A stretch of 64,000 bases of DNA from Nitrospinota bacterium (GCA_014382285.1 JACNKA010000060.1:6987-70986); one strand, 5' to 3'. Counted from the stretch's first letter, positions 36,105 to 46,580 are shown. Notes: generated by a model not told the origin, from the letters alone. Numbers and translations: made by a program.

Positions 36105-37874
36105 ATGAAAGGTATTTCCGTATCAAAAGGGGTTGCAATCGGGAAAGCATATCTGCTTGACTCAACCAAGTTCTGCATCATCAAGCATCAGGTCAGTGAA
36201 ATTGAAGTAGAAATAGAGGTCGAGCGCTTTCGCCAAGCCATTGAAAAAACCAAGCTCCAAATGGCCGAAATAAAAAAGCGTGCCGAAAAAATTGCCGATA
36301 AATACGCAGTTATTCTGGATACCTACACCCTGCTCCTGGATGATGACATCCTGGTTAACGACACCATCGAAAATATCAGAAAACATAAAACCAACGCAGA
36401 GTGGGCCCTCACCCAAACTTTAAATAATTTTTTAAAACTGTTTGACAATATTAACGATGACTATCTAAAGGGTAAAAAGGACGACCTTGACTTACTCGTC
36501 CAGACCATTCTGAAGAACCTCATTGGCCACTCTCAGGAATCCCTGTCTGACATTCATGAGCCTGTAATTATTGCGACCCATTCCCTGAGTCCCTCGGACA
36601 CCATAATGATGCCCAAAAACTTCGTCAAAGGTCTGGTCACCGAGGCGGGGGGGAAAACCTCTCATGTAGGTATATTTGCCGCAGCATTGGGCATCCCTGC
36701 CATCACCGGTGTTAAAGAGATCACCTCAAAAATCAACTCGGGAGACCAAATCATTGTTGATGGTATAGATGGGGAAGTCATCATAAACCCATCCAGCGAA
36801 ACACTACAACAGTACGAAAAAAAGCAAGCCAACTACCGCAAATATGAAGAGCACTTACTGACCAACATCAACCAGCAGGCAGAAACACTCGACGGGCATC
36901 AGGTTAAACTGCTGGCTAATATTGAGTCCAATCAGGAAGTCAAAACCCTTCACAAGTTCGGTGTCGAAGGAGTAGGGCTATATCGCACAGAGTTTCTTTA
37001 TATGGCAGCAACTTCCTTGCCGGGAGAAAGAGAACTCTATGAAGATTTCAAACAAGTCGTCCAGGAAATGGGAGACCAACCTGTTGTAATTCGTACCCTG
37101 GACATCGGAATGGACAAGCAGTTCGGTGATGCCAGAAACAACGATGAAGATAACCCCGCTCTGGGTTTAAGAGGCATTCGCTTGTCTCTCGCTAAACCCC
37201 ATCTATTGACTGACCAATTGAAAGGCATATTGAGGGCGAGCTTATATGGAAATGTGAAAATTCTTTATCCCATGATCTCTTCAGCAACTGAAATTATTCA
37301 GGCCAACGCTATCCTGGAAGAGGCAAAAAACCAATTGCGTCTGGAACAAATTCCATTTAATGAAGAAATCGAAGTGGGTGCAATGATAGAAACCCCGGCG
37401 GCGGCCATCTGTATAGAGCATATACTCAAAGAAGTGGACTACATCAGCATCGGGACCAACGACTTAATTCAGTATCTTCTAGCAGTGGATCGAATCAATG
37501 AGAGCGTTGCACACCTGTATCAACCCTTTCACCCTGCAGTGCTGAGGACATTAAAAAACATTATGAGTTCTGCTGAAAAAGTTGGCAAAAAGGTTTCCAT
37601 TTGTGGAGAACTCGGTGGGGACCCGATGGCAACCATGCTTTTATTGGGCCTGGGAAAAATTGATTCCTTGAGCATGGAGCCCCATTCTGTGCCAAAAGTA
37701 AAAAAAGTTATCCGCACTATTCGGCTTGAGGAAGCACGCCAATTGGCCGATGATGTTCTTGAGATGAGTTGTCCCGATGAAATAACATCCTTCATCACCA
37801 ATGCAATGAGGGTTCGATTCCCCGAAGATTTTGACAGGGATATAAGCTTCGAGCAGAAGTTGAATCCGGCCTGA
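36105..37874 (+). CDS. ptsI: Phosphoenolpyruvate-protein phosphotransferase (PTS Enzyme I, no GAF domain)
   Basis: GGKTSHVGIFAAALGIPA (active-site His), GTNDLIQY, CGELGGDP. The track start TTG 36099 abuts the ptsN stop. ATG 36105 is equally possible. Confidence 0.92.
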   Translation: MKGISVSKGVAIGKAYLLDSTKFCIIKHQVSEIEVEIEVERFRQAIEKTKLQMAEIKKRAEKIADKYAVILDTYTLLLDDDILVNDTIENIRKHKTNAEWALTQTLNNFLKLFDNINDDYLKGKKDDLDLLVQTILKNLIGHSQESLSDIHEPVIIATHSLSPSDTIMMPKNFVKGLVTEAGGKTSHVGIFAAALGIPAITGVKEITSKINSGDQIIVDGIDGEVIINPSSETLQQYEKKQANYRKYEEHLLTNINQQAETLDGHQVKLLANIESNQEVKTLHKFGVEGVGLYRTEFLYMAATSLPGERELYEDFKQVVQEMGDQPVVIRTLDIGMDKQFGDARNNDEDNPALGLRGIRLSLAKPHLLTDQLKGILRASLYGNVKILYPMISSATEIIQANAILEEAKNQLRLEQIPFNEEIEVGAMIETPAAAICIEHILKEVDYISIGTNDLIQYLLAVDRINESVAHLYQPFHPAVLRTLKNIMSSAEKVGKKVSICGELGGDPMATMLLLGLGKIDSLSMEPHSVPKVKKVIRTIRLEEARQLADDVLEMSCPDEITSFITNAMRVRFPEDFDRDISFEQKLNPA

Positions 37875-37944
37875 AGTTATACAACTATAAAAAATTTTAT
37901 GACTAAACTAAGTTTCTAACCTTACCAAAAAAAGGAAATTTTTA

Positions 37945-39105
37945 ATGAATCCTGGAAATTATTTGTTCACCTCAGAGTCTGTATCCGAAGGACACCCCGA
38001 TAAAATAGCTGATCAGGTTTCCGATGCCATTCTGGATGCCATTCTGGAGCAGGATCCCAAAGCAAGAGTTGCTTGTGAAACAATGATCACTACTGGCTTC
38101 GCTGTAATTGCCGGAGAAATCTCGACCGATTGTTACGTTGAGATTCCTAAAATTGTCAGGAATACAATAAAGAACATCGGATTCACCCACTCCGACATGG
38201 GTTTTGATTTTGAAACCTGCGGCGTGATGGTTGCCTTGGACGAGCAATCCAAAGATATCGCTAAAGGGGTTAACGATGACAAACACGAGCAAGGTGCCGG
38301 CGACCAGGGAATGATGTTCGGCTATGCCAGCGACGAGACCCCGGAGCTAATGCCAGCACCCATTATGTATTCACATAAACTGGTGCGCAAACTTGCGGAG
38401 TTAAGGAAAAAGGGCACCCTTCCCTACTTGAGGCCTGACAGTAAATCTCAAGTCTCAGTCAGGTATGAGAACAACAAGCCTGTCAGCATTGAAACGGTCG
38501 TCATTTCAACCCAACACAACCCCGGTGTCTCCAACAAACAATTACGCTCGGAAGTCACGGAACTCGTGATCGAAAAAGTCATCCCCAAAAGACTGCAACA
38601 TAAAAAAATGAAAGTCCATATCAACCCAACAGGACGCTTTGTTATTGGCGGCCCTCACGGTGATTGTGGTTTAACGGGAAGAAAAATTATTGTCGATACC
38701 TACGGTGGGTTCGCCCGGCATGGTGGAGGTGCATTTTCCGGTAAAGATCCGTCCAAGGTTGATCGCTCTGCCGCTTATATGGCTCGATATATCGCTAAAA
38801 ACCTGGTTGCGGCCAAAGTGGCTCAACGGTGCGAAGTTCAGCTTGCCTACGCCATTGGAGTTGCCGACCCTGTTTCCATTTGTGTAGAAACTTTTGGAAC
38901 ACATAACGTTAACCCGGATATTCTCGAAGATCTGGTCCGGTCCCATTTCAACCTCAAGCCCGCAGGCATCGTTAAAACTCTGGATCTTATGAAACCTCGT
39001 TATCTGGCAACTGCGGCTTATGGGCATTTTGGCAGAAAAGAAGATTCCTTCACCTGGGAAAAAACAGATAAAGCCAAAGCCATTAAAAAGGATGCGGGAT
39101 TATAA
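37945..39105 (+). CDS. metK: S-adenosylmethionine synthetase
   Basis: [36 protein letters not shown]. Confidence 0.96.
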   Translation: MNPGNYLFTSESVSEGHPDKIADQVSDAILDAILEQDPKARVACETMITTGFAVIAGEISTDCYVEIPKIVRNTIKNIGFTHSDMGFDFETCGVMVALDEQSKDIAKGVNDDKHEQGAGDQGMMFGYASDETPELMPAPIMYSHKLVRKLAELRKKGTLPYLRPDSKSQVSVRYENNKPVSIETVVISTQHNPGVSNKQLRSEVTELVIEKVIPKRLQHKKMKVHINPTGRFVIGGPHGDCGLTGRKIIVDTYGGFARHGGGAFSGKDPSKVDRSAAYMARYIAKNLVAAKVAQRCEVQLAYAIGVADPVSICVETFGTHNVNPDILEDLVRSHFNLKPAGIVKTLDLMKPRYLATAAYGHFGRKEDSFTWEKTDKAKAIKKDAGL

Positions 39106-39141
39106 AAGGAAGGAAGCGGTTTTGCTAGGGGGTGTCGCCAG

Positions 39142-39528
39142 TTAGGCTGCGCCCCCAAAAACCACTTGTTTAATTTTGTTGCTTAATTTTTCCGGTTCAA
39201 CAGGCTTTACCAGATATTCCTTGATACCAGCCTGCACAGCCTCAATAACTTTATCACGCTCTTTTTCGGCAGTGATCAACAAGAAGGGAATTTCATTCCA
39301 TTTCCGGTTTTTACTCAGAGCCCTGAAAAAGTCAAGACCATCCATCTTGGGCATATGCCAGTCAGAAATAATGAGGTCAAAGGACTTTCTCTCAAGTTCC
39401 TCTAACGCCAACTCTCCATCTGCACTCAAAACAACATTCGTATAACCCAGTTTCTTCAAAGTCCGGCGCAGGAACAATCGGGTTGTCAAAAGATCTTCGA
39501 CTATTAAAATATTAATGTCATAATTCAT
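39142..39528 (-). CDS. Single-domain response regulator (CheY-like receiver)
   Basis: ILIVEDL...DLIISDWHMPKMDG...LVKP. No output domain. Confidence 0.88.
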   Translation of the reverse strand: MNYDINILIVEDLLTTRLFLRRTLKKLGYTNVVLSADGELALEELERKSFDLIISDWHMPKMDGLDFFRALSKNRKWNEIPFLLITAEKERDKVIEAVQAGIKEYLVKPVEPEKLSNKIKQVVFGGAA

Positions 39529-39676
39529 AGAAGACTCATGGAATTCTTAAGGTATAACACAAGCATGATAACATTCTTTATTAGGTTTACTTTAACATAA
39601 GCCAGAATGCAAGGCAAACTTCTTGTTTTTAAAGATTATTTGACCAACCGACCCTGTTTTTAAGGAACCCCTATTC

Positions 39677-40711
39677 TTGCAAAACAATAAAATCCGCATT
39701 GGAATTATTGGTGCTGGGCAGAATACAAAAAAAATACATCTACCCAAATTACAAGCTCTGCCTGATGTGGAGATACTGGAAGTCGCCAACCGAAGCATCG
39801 AATCCGCTAAAGTTGCCGCCGATGAATTTGGCGTACCTATAATTCGAGAACCCTGGCAAGAAGTAGCCACCTCTGCTGATCTGGATGCAATCGTCATAGG
39901 AACCTGGCCTAACCTTCACTGTCCCGCCACCTGCCTGGCACTTGAATCCGGAAAGCATGTCCTGTGCGAAGCGCGTATGGCCATGAATCACACCGAAGCC
40001 AGAAAAATGTTTGATACCTCCAGTGATCATCCCGATCTTGTCGCGCAACTGGTTCCCGCTCCTTTTTCTCTACATGCCGATACCCTGATGGCCAATAGAG
40101 TTGGCGATTTGGGAAGAATCTTATTTTTTCATGTGGACTATCAATCTCTTGCAGTGCCACAAAAGACTTTGCACTGGAGGAGGAATGTGAAGCTCAGCGG
40201 CATGAACATCATGACGTTGGGAATCATATATGAAAGCCTGTTGCGCTGGTTGCCTGCCGCTCAATGGGTCAAGGCAGAAGCCCGCATTTTCAACGATACT
40301 GCCATCGACCCTGAAACCGGCAAACCCATGAAAATAGAAATCCCCGACTATCTTTCGGTGCAAATGAGTTTACAGGGAGGCATTCCCGGAACTATTTTGA
40401 TCAGCGAAATCGGCTCTCATGCGAGCAAACCCACTGTAAAAATCGTTGGAGAAAAAGGAACTCTAATTCTGGAGTTTGTTCCTGAAGGCAGATTATATTT
40501 TGCTCACCACGATCAAACTGAGGAAGTTCCCATCCCAAACAACTTGCGCGGGAGCTGGAAAGTCGAAGAAGAGTTCGTCAATGCAATCAGAAACAAAATT
40601 CCTTTCACCCACACCTCGTTTGCAACAGGAGTGGAATACATGCGCTTCACAGAAGCGGTTTACCGCAGTTATAGAAACAACGGCACACGGGTGCCGTTGT
40701 CTGATACCTGA
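39677..40711 (+). CDS. Gfo/Idh/MocA family oxidoreductase
   Basis: IRIGIIGAGQNT Rossmann start and EARMA motif region. TTG start. Confidence 0.8.
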   Translation: MQNNKIRIGIIGAGQNTKKIHLPKLQALPDVEILEVANRSIESAKVAADEFGVPIIREPWQEVATSADLDAIVIGTWPNLHCPATCLALESGKHVLCEARMAMNHTEARKMFDTSSDHPDLVAQLVPAPFSLHADTLMANRVGDLGRILFFHVDYQSLAVPQKTLHWRRNVKLSGMNIMTLGIIYESLLRWLPAAQWVKAEARIFNDTAIDPETGKPMKIEIPDYLSVQMSLQGGIPGTILISEIGSHASKPTVKIVGEKGTLILEFVPEGRLYFAHHDQTEEVPIPNNLRGSWKVEEEFVNAIRNKIPFTHTSFATGVEYMRFTEAVYRSYRNNGTRVPLSDT

Positions 40712-40742
40712 CTTTGCATGCCCAGCAGGAAATCTTACCTCA

Positions 40743-41480
40743 CTAAGGTGCCAATCTTGCGGTTGCTAAAAAAGCACTTCCAGCATAGACCTCCTCAATA
40801 TGCTGAACCGAGAAACCCGCCTCGGTCATTTCCTGGGAAAACTCATCGCGAGTATAAGCCTTCCACTCCCCCGATCTGAGTTGCTTTTGAATAAACCGAA
40901 GGCCTATAGCCTTAGTGAAAGGATACACCAGAGTCTGTTTAATGAGGCTCGCTAAAAATCCATGGCGATTCCTGACCAACTGGATACTTTCTTCAATGAT
41001 CGAATCGGCATCATAATCAACGGAGGGGTTTGCTAGAATGAGCAACCCATCAGGTTTTATGAGGCTCTTCAAATTCGCTAAAGCCTCCTGCCTTTTTTCA
41101 CTGGTCGCAAGGGTATAAAGTGAAAAATGCCCCACAACCACATCAAACTTTTGTCCAGCCAATGACGATGTTAAATCGGACTGAAAACAGGAAACCCGAT
41201 CAGCAACCCCCAGTTCTCGGGCGCGAAGTAACGCCTGTGCCACTCCCGTTTTCAGGATATCTATTCCGGTATAAGCCATGCCTTCCCGAATACGTCCTGC
41301 AAGAAATTGTAAAAGAAGCCCCGAACCACAACCCGCATCCAGCAGATTCAAGGACTGTCTATCTGGTAAAACGGCAACCACTCGCCGCATCGACTCAAAA
41401 TAGGATTCCGGCGACAATCGATCATAGAGCCGTGACTGAAACCCCACCGACCAATAGTTCGTGCTGTAAAATTTATTCAT
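40743..41480 (-). CDS. Class I SAM-dependent methyltransferase
   Basis: Motif I LLDAGCGSGLL, with an acidic post-I residue. Confidence 0.8.
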   Translation of the reverse strand: MNKFYSTNYWSVGFQSRLYDRLSPESYFESMRRVVAVLPDRQSLNLLDAGCGSGLLLQFLAGRIREGMAYTGIDILKTGVAQALLRARELGVADRVSCFQSDLTSSLAGQKFDVVVGHFSLYTLATSEKRQEALANLKSLIKPDGLLILANPSVDYDADSIIEESIQLVRNRHGFLASLIKQTLVYPFTKAIGLRFIQKQLRSGEWKAYTRDEFSQEMTEAGFSVQHIEEVYAGSAFLATARLAP

Positions 41481-41510
41481 GTAATTCCTGATAATTAAAA
41501 ATTCAATCGC

Positions 41511-41539
41511 TTGTCAGCTACCCGGCAAACGAATATAAT
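41511..41539 (+). promoter_or_regulatory. Near-consensus sigma-70 promoter
   Basis: TTGTCA-N17-TATAAT. AAGGAG (41556-41561) lies 7 nt before ATG 41569. Confidence 0.55.
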
Positions 41540-41568
41540 TACCCTTGCAACTTATAAGGAGTGTCCAG

Positions 41569-42006
41569 ATGGCCAAAAAACCGTTTATCAATAAACATGG
41601 ATTTGTCGAATACCCGTTTCTTCATGACACTCGCAAACAAAAGAACTGGTGGTTTTATAACCTGATGGAGGACCATCTCAAGCGCCGAGCCAGGCAACGA
41701 GTCGGGCCTAATTATACCCGAGACCAATGCGAGGATGATTTCAAAAGAATCCTGGCCGAAACCAATCTTAAATTTTACGTCTTGCTTCCTTCAGGAATGG
41801 GTATGGAGTTCAAACTGATTGGAAAATATAAAACCCCTGAACTCATCGAAATTGAAGACCCGGTTCCCTATATAACCGAAAAATATGGTGGCGGAAAATT
41901 CAAGGTCAATATCTACCACGAAGGCACCTTCTGTGGAACAGAAAATTACAAAGCCCACGGCGATCCTAAATGGGTCGAAATTGAAGATGACAACCCAACA
42001 GGCTGA
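41569..42006 (+). CDS. Hypothetical protein (145 aa)
   Basis: Perfect SD and a strong promoter. I recognise no family. ATG 41569 is preferred over the track's TTG 41545. Confidence 0.65.
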   Translation: MAKKPFINKHGFVEYPFLHDTRKQKNWWFYNLMEDHLKRRARQRVGPNYTRDQCEDDFKRILAETNLKFYVLLPSGMGMEFKLIGKYKTPELIEIEDPVPYITEKYGGGKFKVNIYHEGTFCGTENYKAHGDPKWVEIEDDNPTG

Positions 42007-42028
42007 ATAATTTCCCAGCAACGTACTC

Positions 42029-42289
42029 ATGGATACAATCAAACTTATCTATTTCAGTGGTTGTCCGAATTATGTGGCGGTAAAAAAACTTTTATTAAAT
42101 TTAGGCTGTGACTTTGAAGAAATAAACCAGAGCAAACTCCCTGAAAAACATCCGCTCAAATGTTACACATCACCTGCAATTTTAAAAAATGGGGAATTAA
42201 TTATCGGCGAGAAAATGGATTCTATCGCAGGAGGTTGCACTATTCAATTACCCAGCGAAGAGGATTTCGCCCGATCGCTAAAAAGATAG
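42029..42289 (+). CDS. Small thioredoxin-fold-like protein (86 aa)
   Basis: Beta-alpha start IKLIYFSGCPNYVAVKKLL, later SPAILKNGELI and GGC. Resembles glutaredoxin/Thioredoxin_3-like small proteins, but with CPN instead of CxxC. The assignment is tentative. Confidence 0.45.
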   Translation: MDTIKLIYFSGCPNYVAVKKLLLNLGCDFEEINQSKLPEKHPLKCYTSPAILKNGELIIGEKMDSIAGGCTIQLPSEEDFARSLKR

Positions 42290-42321
42290 AACCTGCCGAC
42301 AAATAAATTTTCAGAGGGAAA

Positions 42322-42738
42322 TCAATCCAGTTCTTCTTCTGGATTGCGAGGTTTCTGAATAGTGGGGACACTGAATTTGAGGCTCGCTGGCAAGGTGGAG
42401 GCCTTTTTCCCATAGGCGATGTTTCCGCTTTCACCCTCCAGTCCAATATAGATATTATCGTTTTTGACCTTCACCGGATACGTAGGGATAAACAGTTCCG
42501 GGTTCTGCATATTTGCCCCATTTTCCAGTTTAAAGCGCCATTCATGATTCGGGCAGATGACAATACCCTCTTCAATACGCCCCTCTCCTAAAGGAGAACC
42601 TCTATGCGGGCACTTGTTTGCAACAGCATAATATTTTCCTTTATAGTTAAAAAGAGCAATCTCCGCATCGCCCGCCGATATGATCGCGGACTTGCCAATA
42701 GGAAGATCTTCTTCGCTCATAATCTTGACGTATTTCAT
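42322..42738 (-). CDS. Rieske [2Fe-2S] protein, NirD-like small subunit fold with a C-terminal extension
   Basis: CPHRGSPL ... CPNHEWRF Rieske ligand boxes. The start lies 6 nt after the tig stop. Confidence 0.85.
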   Translation of the reverse strand: MKYVKIMSEEDLPIGKSAIISAGDAEIALFNYKGKYYAVANKCPHRGSPLGEGRIEEGIVICPNHEWRFKLENGANMQNPELFIPTYPVKVKNDNIYIGLEGESGNIAYGKKASTLPASLKFSVPTIQKPRNPEEELD

Positions 42739-42744
42739 AAGGTT

Positions 42745-44121
42745 TTAGCTTTCTTTTTTTGGTTCTTCTTTTGGTTCTTCGCCTTCTTTATAATACTCAA
42801 TCTCACAGTTTGCGTAGATGAAGTTCATGGTTTTTTGCCCTAACAATTTGATCGTTGTCTGGCCCAGCGAGTCCGGGTTGGACATGATCCGCTTTTGGAC
42901 TTCTTCTACCTTCTGCTTCGTCTGTTTAGCCAACAGTTCATATTCACCTTCCATATCCTGCTGAGTCAAATGGATATTTTCGGCAGCAGCAATGGATTCC
43001 AGCATCATATAACCGGTGGTGTTAAAGACTGCTTTTTCTCTCCATTCCTTCATCGCTTTTTCAGGTTCAAATCCAGAGTCCTCCGGCTTCATTCCTGACT
43101 GGGCAATTTGAAATTTCATACCTTCTATCATGAATTTCAATTCCCGCTCTATCACCGATTCCGGAGGTTCCATCTCGGCATCTTTGACAAGCATGTTAAA
43201 AATATCCTCTTTAATCTTTAATTCTTCATGCTGTTCTTTATGGTTTTGCAGGTCAATCTTGATAGCTCGACGAAGATCGGCAACGGTGTCAAATCCTTCG
43301 CGCTGGGCAATTTCATCGGTCAACTCCGGCAGGTGGAGTGTTCTTATTTTTTTAATTTTAACTTTAAAGACAGCACGATCATCTTCCTGCTTTTCGTCAG
43401 GAGCCCCCGGAATAGGAAAACTGATCCGACGCATTTTCTGATTCCAGTCAGCAGGAAGGACAGCCGACACCTCAAACTCTTCATCCTGAACATGTCCTAT
43501 CAACTGATCCTCGAAACCGGGAATCATTTTCTTTTCACCCACCCGCATTTCATGATCACTGGCACTGCCATTTTCCAGCGGTAGGCCATTCATAGTCCCT
43601 TCAAAATCCAAAGTCAGGATGTCCCCATCCTTAACCGCATAACCTGCAGGCATATCTTCTAGTGAACCTTGACGGCTGAGAACCTTCACCAGCGTTTCTT
43701 CAACTTCCTCATCCTTAACAGTGGCTTCTTTCTTTTTAAATTTAAGCCCCTTATAATTTTTAACTTTTATATCCGGTTTGATATCGAGAATCACAGCAAA
43801 CTTCAAAGGCTCGTCCCGTTTAATATCCTGCATTCCGGAGTGATCGATTTCCGGCTGGCCTGTGGGTCTGAGTCCCGTTTTCTGAAGAGCCTGTTCATAA
43901 TATTCCTGCATCAACTCCTGAAACATCTCGGTCATAGACTGCATGGGAACCTGTTTCTCAAGTATTTTTTGAGGAATTTTCCCCGGTCGAAACCCCGGAA
44001 TCTTGACCTGTTTGTTCAACACTTTATAAGCATCGCCCACCCTCTTCGACACCACATCTCCCGGGACCGTGATATGAATCTTTCGCTTCAAGCCTTCTAG
44101 TTCTTCAACATCAAATTCCAT
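42745..44121 (-). CDS. tig: Trigger factor
   Basis: The N-terminal ribosome-binding region includes IPGFRPGKIP. FKBP-like middle domain. ATG 44121 (RBS GGAAAGG) is preferred over TTG 44127. Confidence 0.93.
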   Translation of the reverse strand: MEFDVEELEGLKRKIHITVPGDVVSKRVGDAYKVLNKQVKIPGFRPGKIPQKILEKQVPMQSMTEMFQELMQEYYEQALQKTGLRPTGQPEIDHSGMQDIKRDEPLKFAVILDIKPDIKVKNYKGLKFKKKEATVKDEEVEETLVKVLSRQGSLEDMPAGYAVKDGDILTLDFEGTMNGLPLENGSASDHEMRVGEKKMIPGFEDQLIGHVQDEEFEVSAVLPADWNQKMRRISFPIPGAPDEKQEDDRAVFKVKIKKIRTLHLPELTDEIAQREGFDTVADLRRAIKIDLQNHKEQHEELKIKEDIFNMLVKDAEMEPPESVIERELKFMIEGMKFQIAQSGMKPEDSGFEPEKAMKEWREKAVFNTTGYMMLESIAAAENIHLTQQDMEGEYELLAKQTKQKVEEVQKRIMSNPDSLGQTTIKLLGQKTMNFIYANCEIEYYKEGEEPKEEPKKES

Positions 44122-44229
44122 TTTCAAACCTTTCCACAGGGCTTGGCCGGCGAATCGCCGGTGATAATAAGAAAAAACTCGTTATTGTTCTAAAAATGTG
44201 TTCGATTCAACAAGTCATTATCCCGTTGC

Positions 44230-45402
44230 CTACACAGGTAGCGGGAATTTTTCCAGAATCATTTGGTCGATTTCTTTTTTCAACTGATCCAGAATCTCGT
44301 CATAGGAATAAGATCCCAGAGTTTCTGTTCCTTTTTTCAGGTTCACGCGTGTGGGGCCGCACCACAAACCCAGATCCGCATCATCAGTTTCACCTGGACC
44401 GTTCACCCGACACCCCATCACCGCTATGGTCAGCTTATACTTCTCAGCATATTCTGTCATTTTCCGCACATCCTGGGCCAGATCGACAAACTTGTCATTC
44501 TCCACTCGGGAACAACTGGGGCAAGCGATGATATTCAAGCCCTCAAGAAAATTCTCGGGGACAGACCGAAAGCGGCCCTCCGCAATATCTTTCAAGATTT
44601 CTCGGCCTTCCACAATTTCCTGCCCTTTATCCTCGTTCGGTAAAGTCAGGGAAACGCGAATCGTATCGCCAATCCCGGCTGAGATCAACTGTTCAAAAGC
44701 GATGCGAGTTTTAATGATGCCTTCAGGCGGAAGTCCCGCCTCAGTAACCCCCAGATGCAAAGGAACATCTGGACGTTCCTGAGAGAATCTCCGGTTCGCG
44801 TCGATCACCTTCTGGGATTCAGAATCCTTGAGTGAAACACAATAATTCACAAAACCCATCTCATCAAGCATCTGGCAATGATCGACTGCAGACCGAACCA
44901 TCGCCTCTACCGAATCACCTTTATAACGTTCCTTGTAGTCCGGGTCCACCGAGCCGCAATTGACACCGATTCGAATGGCACAATCGTTTGCTTTCGCTGC
45001 GTTGACAATGAACTCCACTTTTTCACGGATGCTCTTATCTTTTTCCAAATGGAACAAATGTCCAGGGTTATAGCGAATCTTATCTACAAAGGGCGCAACA
45101 ATGGGTGCCAGCTTATAATTTTCCTGAAGGTCCACCGACCACACACTTTCGGGGAACTGTTGACGCAGGACTCTGAGAGCCTCCACATCCTTTTCGTTAT
45201 CCACAGCTATACGAATGACATCAGCATGAGCTGCTTCCAAAATCTCTATCTGTCTGGCCGTGGCTTCCAGGTTCTGGGTCTGGGTCGCCGCCATGCTCTG
45301 CACCGCAATAGGCGAATCGCCGCCAATCACAAGTTTTCCAATACGTATTTTTCGTGTTCGTCTCGATACCATAAAGTTTGCATTCCTGTAGGGATAGATC
45401 AA
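44230..45402 (-). CDS. ispG: 4-hydroxy-3-methylbut-2-en-1-yl diphosphate synthase
   Basis: [21 protein letters not shown], and Fe-S cysteines in ACPSCSR and GCRVNGPGE. The true start may be the internal Met ([12 protein letters not shown], 45372). Confidence 0.93.
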   Translation of the reverse strand: MIYPYRNANFMVSRRTRKIRIGKLVIGGDSPIAVQSMAATQTQNLEATARQIEILEAAHADVIRIAVDNEKDVEALRVLRQQFPESVWSVDLQENYKLAPIVAPFVDKIRYNPGHLFHLEKDKSIREKVEFIVNAAKANDCAIRIGVNCGSVDPDYKERYKGDSVEAMVRSAVDHCQMLDEMGFVNYCVSLKDSESQKVIDANRRFSQERPDVPLHLGVTEAGLPPEGIIKTRIAFEQLISAGIGDTIRVSLTLPNEDKGQEIVEGREILKDIAEGRFRSVPENFLEGLNIIACPSCSRVENDKFVDLAQDVRKMTEYAEKYKLTIAVMGCRVNGPGETDDADLGLWCGPTRVNLKKGTETLGSYSYDEILDQLKKEIDQMILEKFPLPV

Positions 45403-45457
45403 AGATAAAGATTAACAAATAAAGGGTTCCAGAACAAGGAGGCTCTTGCCCTAAAAG

Positions 45458-46486
45458 TTATTTCACCTTGATATTTTCCTGATTATGAGTGCGGTCCAGA
45501 GGGAAGGGGTTGTCCGTATTGTCAAAATCCGGCAGATTATGCAGGGTCGCTTCCAGGGATTGCAGATACAAATTCTCGAACCCGAGTTCTCGAGCCATAC
45601 CGATGGCTGTTTCATACTCCATCGGGCTGATCTCCCGGTTCAAAGGAGAGGTGACTTTATGAACCGGGCGGTACTGACTCATCAAACTCAAAGGCACACC
45701 AGGCGACAGCTCCAGAGCGATAAAACACAAAGTCTCCCAGGTACCAGCGAGATTTTCAGGCAATAACAAATGCCGAACCAATAGACCGCTTTCAGCCAGC
45801 CCATCTTCACCCACACTCAAGGAGCCAACCTGTCTATACATTTCCAACACCGCCTGACGGGAAAACTCCGGATATTCTTTAATATGGGATAACTCCCTAG
45901 CCGTAGCAGAATGAGAATATTTCAAATCCGGCAGATAAACATCCACCACTCCGTCCAGAAGTTTTAAAGTATCGAGAGCATCGTAAGCATTGGTGTTATA
46001 GATGATGGGAGTTTTAAGCCCCATTTCACGGGCAAGCGACAGGCTTTTTAATAACCCCGGAACTACATGGGAAGGGGAAACCCAGCCGATGAAATGCACC
46101 CCCTCCTCTTGCAAACGAATCATCTGTTCGGCAATGTTTCGATAAGACAGGCTCACATCAGCAAGGCCAGCCCCCTCTTCCCAGTTCTGGGCTTCCCAGT
46201 TCTGGGAAATCTGAAAATTCTGGCAATAATCGCAACGCATATTGCACGCTGTGACAAACAGGTTGCCCACCCCACCCTTCCCGACCAGAGGGGGTTCCTC
46301 ACCAAAATGCCGAACACTCGATGAAACCCTTAAAACATCCGTTTGACCACAATACCCAGTCTGGCCCTGAGTGCGGTCCACCTCACAGGCATGCGGACAG
46401 ACCCGGCATTCCCGGTAAATTTCATAGGCCTGTTGGGCTCTCGACTGCAAATCAGACCGGCTCAACTCAAGATAACGCGCAGACAT
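45458..46486 (-). CDS. Radical SAM protein, PflX-like (COG1313-type putative activating enzyme)
   Basis: CNMRCDYCQNFQISQ radical-SAM cluster motif, preceded by HFGEEPPLVG..GVGNLFVTA and an N-terminal Cys cluster (CRVCPHAC...YC). Confidence 0.8.
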   Translation of the reverse strand: MSARYLELSRSDLQSRAQQAYEIYRECRVCPHACEVDRTQGQTGYCGQTDVLRVSSSVRHFGEEPPLVGKGGVGNLFVTACNMRCDYCQNFQISQNWEAQNWEEGAGLADVSLSYRNIAEQMIRLQEEGVHFIGWVSPSHVVPGLLKSLSLAREMGLKTPIIYNTNAYDALDTLKLLDGVVDVYLPDLKYSHSATARELSHIKEYPEFSRQAVLEMYRQVGSLSVGEDGLAESGLLVRHLLLPENLAGTWETLCFIALELSPGVPLSLMSQYRPVHKVTSPLNREISPMEYETAIGMARELGFENLYLQSLEATLHNLPDFDNTDNPFPLDRTHNQENIKVK

Positions 46487-46580
46487 TTCAGTTAACTCTC
46501 ACTTTGATAAACCTGTTTCCCCTGGAAGCCACATGAATGTTAATATAAAATAAACTAAATCGCCTCTAACTCTATTAAAC

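Noticed and set aside
37810-37823. GGGTTCGATTCCCC, a tRNA T-arm-like sequence.
   Set aside because: It lies inside the well-supported ptsI reading frame (AMRVRFPEDF), with no acceptor or anticodon arms around it.
39108-39117. GGAAGGAAGC, identical to the core of the SRP (4.5S) RNA domain IV motif, just after metK.
   Set aside because: The flanking sequence does not form the long SRP hairpin and lacks the symmetric/asymmetric loop partners. It is most likely a chance 10-mer overlapping a GC hairpin that includes the response-regulator stop codon.
44146-44166. CCGGCG-AAT-CGCCGG hairpin between ispG and tig, considered as a terminator.
   Set aside because: The T-run precedes rather than follows the hairpin on the coding (minus) strand, and an A-run follows it on the plus strand. 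It is not a canonical terminator in either direction. It may be a 5'-UTR structure, but evidence is thin.
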